From the human T2T-CHM13v2.0 reference genome, Homo sapiens: a stretch of DNA of 64,000 nucleotides. The notes beneath the pieces were generated by a model. It searched no databases, was not told the origin of the DNA, and worked only from the letters and a program-made list of their open reading frames with translations. Below, piece after piece: positions 54,813 through 64,000 of this stretch (positions within the stretch are counted from its first letter, which is position 1; the number at the start of each line of letters is the position of its first letter). The translations under genes and the position numbers were made by a program. The stretch lies in the NCBI RefSeq assembly GCF_009914755.1, contig NC_060926.1. One strand, written 5' to 3'.

Positions 54813-56690
54813 AAATCATTCATAATGACCCACATTCTAACTCAGTGCAAATTCTGCCAATATTTAATAATCTGAGATAAAATGTTATGGTATGTTCCAT
54901 GCATATTCAACTGTATTTCTAGTTGTCCATTTCCTTCTGGCTCAGCGCTCCAAAATTAGTACTTTGTAGAAGTATAGTGTAACAAATTCTTAGTATATCT
55001 TCGTAGAACCTATTTAAGTGTTTTGGAGAACTAGGATAGTGAGAAGGGCAGAAAAGTAGGCAAACAGGCTAAAAGATGATACAGTGAGTAAAAAGCCTAA
55101 ATACTGTAGTTCTAAGTCAGATTACCATCTGTGTGACCTTGGCGAGGCATTCTGTCTGTCTGAGGTGTCTGCTTTATATGTAAAATTGGGATATCAGCTG
55201 AACTGTTTATCATGCAGGGGTTTAGCAGGGATCACATGAGATCACAGATGTCAAAGAACTTTGTAAACTATACATGACACAAATAGAAGGTGACACTGGT
55301 ACAGAAAGAATAATTGATCCTCCACATGAAAAACTGTAAAGGATATTGCATAAATGTAATTAATTCATGGTTTATTTTGAATGTGAGTCATTATGAGTGA
55401 TTTGTAGAAGCATTAGATTTTTACAGCAAAACTGGTTTCACCCTTAGAACAACTTGAGTGGGAGCAATTCCGATAGATTTGGAGAGCAGAAAGCAAGCTT
55501 GGACGTTTGGTTCCCTCATTCTAGGTGTGAATCTTTATGTCTTCACAGTTATTCAGTTTTCCTAGAGCGACTAGTGGAACTAAGTTACTACTTTTGCATT
55601 AGCTATCAGCTTTGTCTTGGTTAATAACAATGTCTTTCTTCTGTATGTCTCCCTTCTTTCTCCCCACGCCCCCCCCCACTTTGTCCTTCTCTCCCTTAAT
55701 CTCCAGCAATTCTCAGAGCTATTCACTACTCAAGTTATATTGATAATTTTTGCTTAGTTAAGGTTATTTGTATATTTTCCTAGTGCCTGAAATCATCATG
55801 TTATCTTTAATTCACTAACCAAATTATAAGCTCCTCAGGAACAGACATCAGAATATTTTATGTAGAATCATGGATTATTAAAGCTGGAGGGAAATTTGGA
55901 AATCATTTAGTCCACTTTTCTTATTTTTCCAATAAGGAAACAAACCTAAGAAGAAATATGACTTGGGAATAAGTAAACCTATTCTTCATTAGGATTTTTC
56001 ATGAGGATTATTTGAGGTAGTATATTCAAAATGCAGACATATTGCAGGTACTCAAATGGCAATAGGCTCCCTTCCAGACTGGAAAAACTTTTCCCGCAAG
56101 ATAGGGATTAAGAGGGTAATCAAGCTGTTTGGATCAAAAAAAAAAAGAGGTACCATTTTGGAAAATTAAGTTTCCATTTTAAGATTCTGTTAACTTTTGA
56201 ATGTGTTCATTTCTAGATTTTCTCTTGATCTGCAGTCCAGTGCTCTACTTCTGAGCTATACTCGCTCCTTCATTTCTAGGTTTTCTCAAATTAGGTTCGA
56301 GGAAGTCCATGGATATGGGAAAGGATAATGTATCTTGTTTCTCATGGTGGTATTTTATAATTTCAGTTACCATGTATTCAACTTTTTGCAAAAGATATTG
56401 CTTCCTGTGCTGAGTTTATATGCTTGGAAATGGTATCTAACCAGTAATTTCCTTTTTAAGAGGTTTAGTTTCATTTTAAATGTACTCACATAGACACTCA
56501 AATTTCACTATTTAAAAGTAATTATTTTCAAAAATTTATTCTATGTGTTCTTTCAAATAGTAATAGATCCCATTATTACTAAATGTTTAGGGGACTGCAA
56601 GAGAGAGAGATATAATACACCAAATTAAGAGACTGTTTCTATAATAGCCATTGTGGCTTACATTGCCCAGAAGCCTAGCTCATTCCTTCA

Positions 56691-57038
<348 letters not shown>

Positions 57039-57242
57039 CTACAACTATAATAGTCGCATTTATTTCTGACGGCAATTCACAGTTTCAACCTGAAATATTA
57101 TTTTCTTAGTATTGTATCACATCTAAACTGTTCCTTCCTCTTTTAAGTTTTAACAATTTGAGACAAGTTTTGTAAATTAAGAGGTGAAATGAGTTATGTT
57201 TACTTGCTCTTTGATCTGAAACCATTCAAATACTAATTTTTA

Positions 57243-60279
<3,037 letters not shown>

Positions 60280-60534
60280 CAAATACTAATTTTTAGACAT
60301 TTAGAAATAGAGTCAGTATTCAGATGCTTTTTAGGTATTACCTGAACAGTTCTTTCTCAGATGCCTGAAAGCATGTTGTTGCTCACTCATTCTTGGATTT
60401 TTTTTAAAAAAAATTGTAGTCTCTGTTCATGAATATTGTCACTAATCTGATCTTTACTTAAATCTTTTCCCCTAAATACCTGCCCTAGTAATAATCCCTT
60501 TTGTTGATCTATTTTTTTTCTTTTTTGAAGTAAT

Positions 60535-62855
<2,321 letters not shown>

Positions 62856-63459
62856 AAATTAATTTTGAGTGAAGGGACAGGGTAAAAAAGCAGAGAGACT
62901 TCTTAGAGATTTTGGTGGAAGATATAAGCATAGAAAATAATATGAAATTACATCTTGGTAGCAACCACTGCACTTTGCTTTTTTTCACTTACATCTTGGA
63001 GAGCACTTAAAAAAATTATTTTGGAATAATTTTAGATTTATAGAAAAGTTGCAAAACTTAGAGTGGTACAAAGAATGCCCATATATCCTGTATCCAGATT
63101 TAACTGTTGTTAGCATTTTATGCCATTGTTTGATCATTTGTGCCATTTTTCCTATCTGTCTACCTACCTACTTGTGTATCTGTGTAATTTTATTTCTGCG
63201 TCATTGATTATAAGTTATATCCATCCTGACCCATTACTCCTGAGTACTTTAAAAGACTAAAACAAGGTAGCTAGGTAATGAAAAAATAAGCCAAACAAAA
63301 CCAGAAACAATCTAAATGTCTATCAACAGGAAAATGGAAAAAAATGTGATATAGTCATATAATGGTACAGTAAACCACTATGAAAATTCATGAACTGCAG
63401 CTGCAAGCAACGTGAATGAACCTAAGAAACATTATATAGAGTGTGAAAGGCAAAGCTCA

Positions 63460-63633
<174 letters not shown>

Positions 63634-64000
63634 GGCAAAGCTCAGAAAACTACATACTATGGTATAATACTGTCTTTTTAAAAGGCAAGTTAACAATGAG
63701 CAAAATTCAGTAAACTAGTTACCTCTGGAGGCAGAGACAGAGGGATGGGATAGGGAAGAAGTATACTAGTAGATACAACCATATTGGCAATGTTTTAGTT
63801 CTTAAGTTGGGTAGTGGATTCATAGGCATTTATTATTACCAGGCTTCATAGCTTACAGATATAGTATATGTATTCTTTTGCATTTTTCAGAATTTTAAAG
63901 GCAGCTAAAGGATGTTGTCTAAATAGAATTTATAAAAGAGAGGAGTAGAAGACAGTATGTCATGCATGATTTGTTTGTATATGTCTTACATCCTTAACTA

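Overview
This is primate, almost certainly human, genomic DNA. It holds about 13 kb of repeat-dense upstream sequence, a TATA-less CpG-island promoter (about 13.0-13.7 kb) and coding exons 1-8 of TAF1B on the + strand. TAF1B is the TFIIB-like Rrn7/TAFI68-63 subunit of the RNA polymerase I factor SL1/TIF-IB. I spliced the exons by hand: 13469-13486, 15147-15245, 19300-19387, 21466-21563, 24251-24346, 38201-38354, 45790-45943 and 52631-52730. They give 807 nt (269 codons) with no stop, and all introns are GT-AG; the gene continues past the window. Exon 3 carries the coding A11 microsatellite known as an MSI frameshift target. The rest is mostly transposon-derived. It includes over 30 Alus, a full-length sense-oriented L1PA4-like element with TSDs in intron 5, a two-LTR THE1D provirus, a THE1C solo LTR, MER52, Tigger/MADE1/MER5/Charlie DNA-transposon remnants, and old L1M, L2 and MIR. 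Nearly all ORFs in the supplied track are repeat artefacts. I found no evidence for a new multi-gene system. The best leads are: (1) an L1 ORF2 with an intact endonuclease and only one stop before an intact RT core; (2) a tail-less, 3'-truncated old L1 with a perfect 16-bp TSD, apparently internally primed; (3) two ultra-short TSD-flanked insertions; (4) a frame-preserving, Alu-bracketed exon 3+4 module containing the A11 tract. Repeat subfamily calls come from recalled consensus sequences, and repeat boundaries are approximate.
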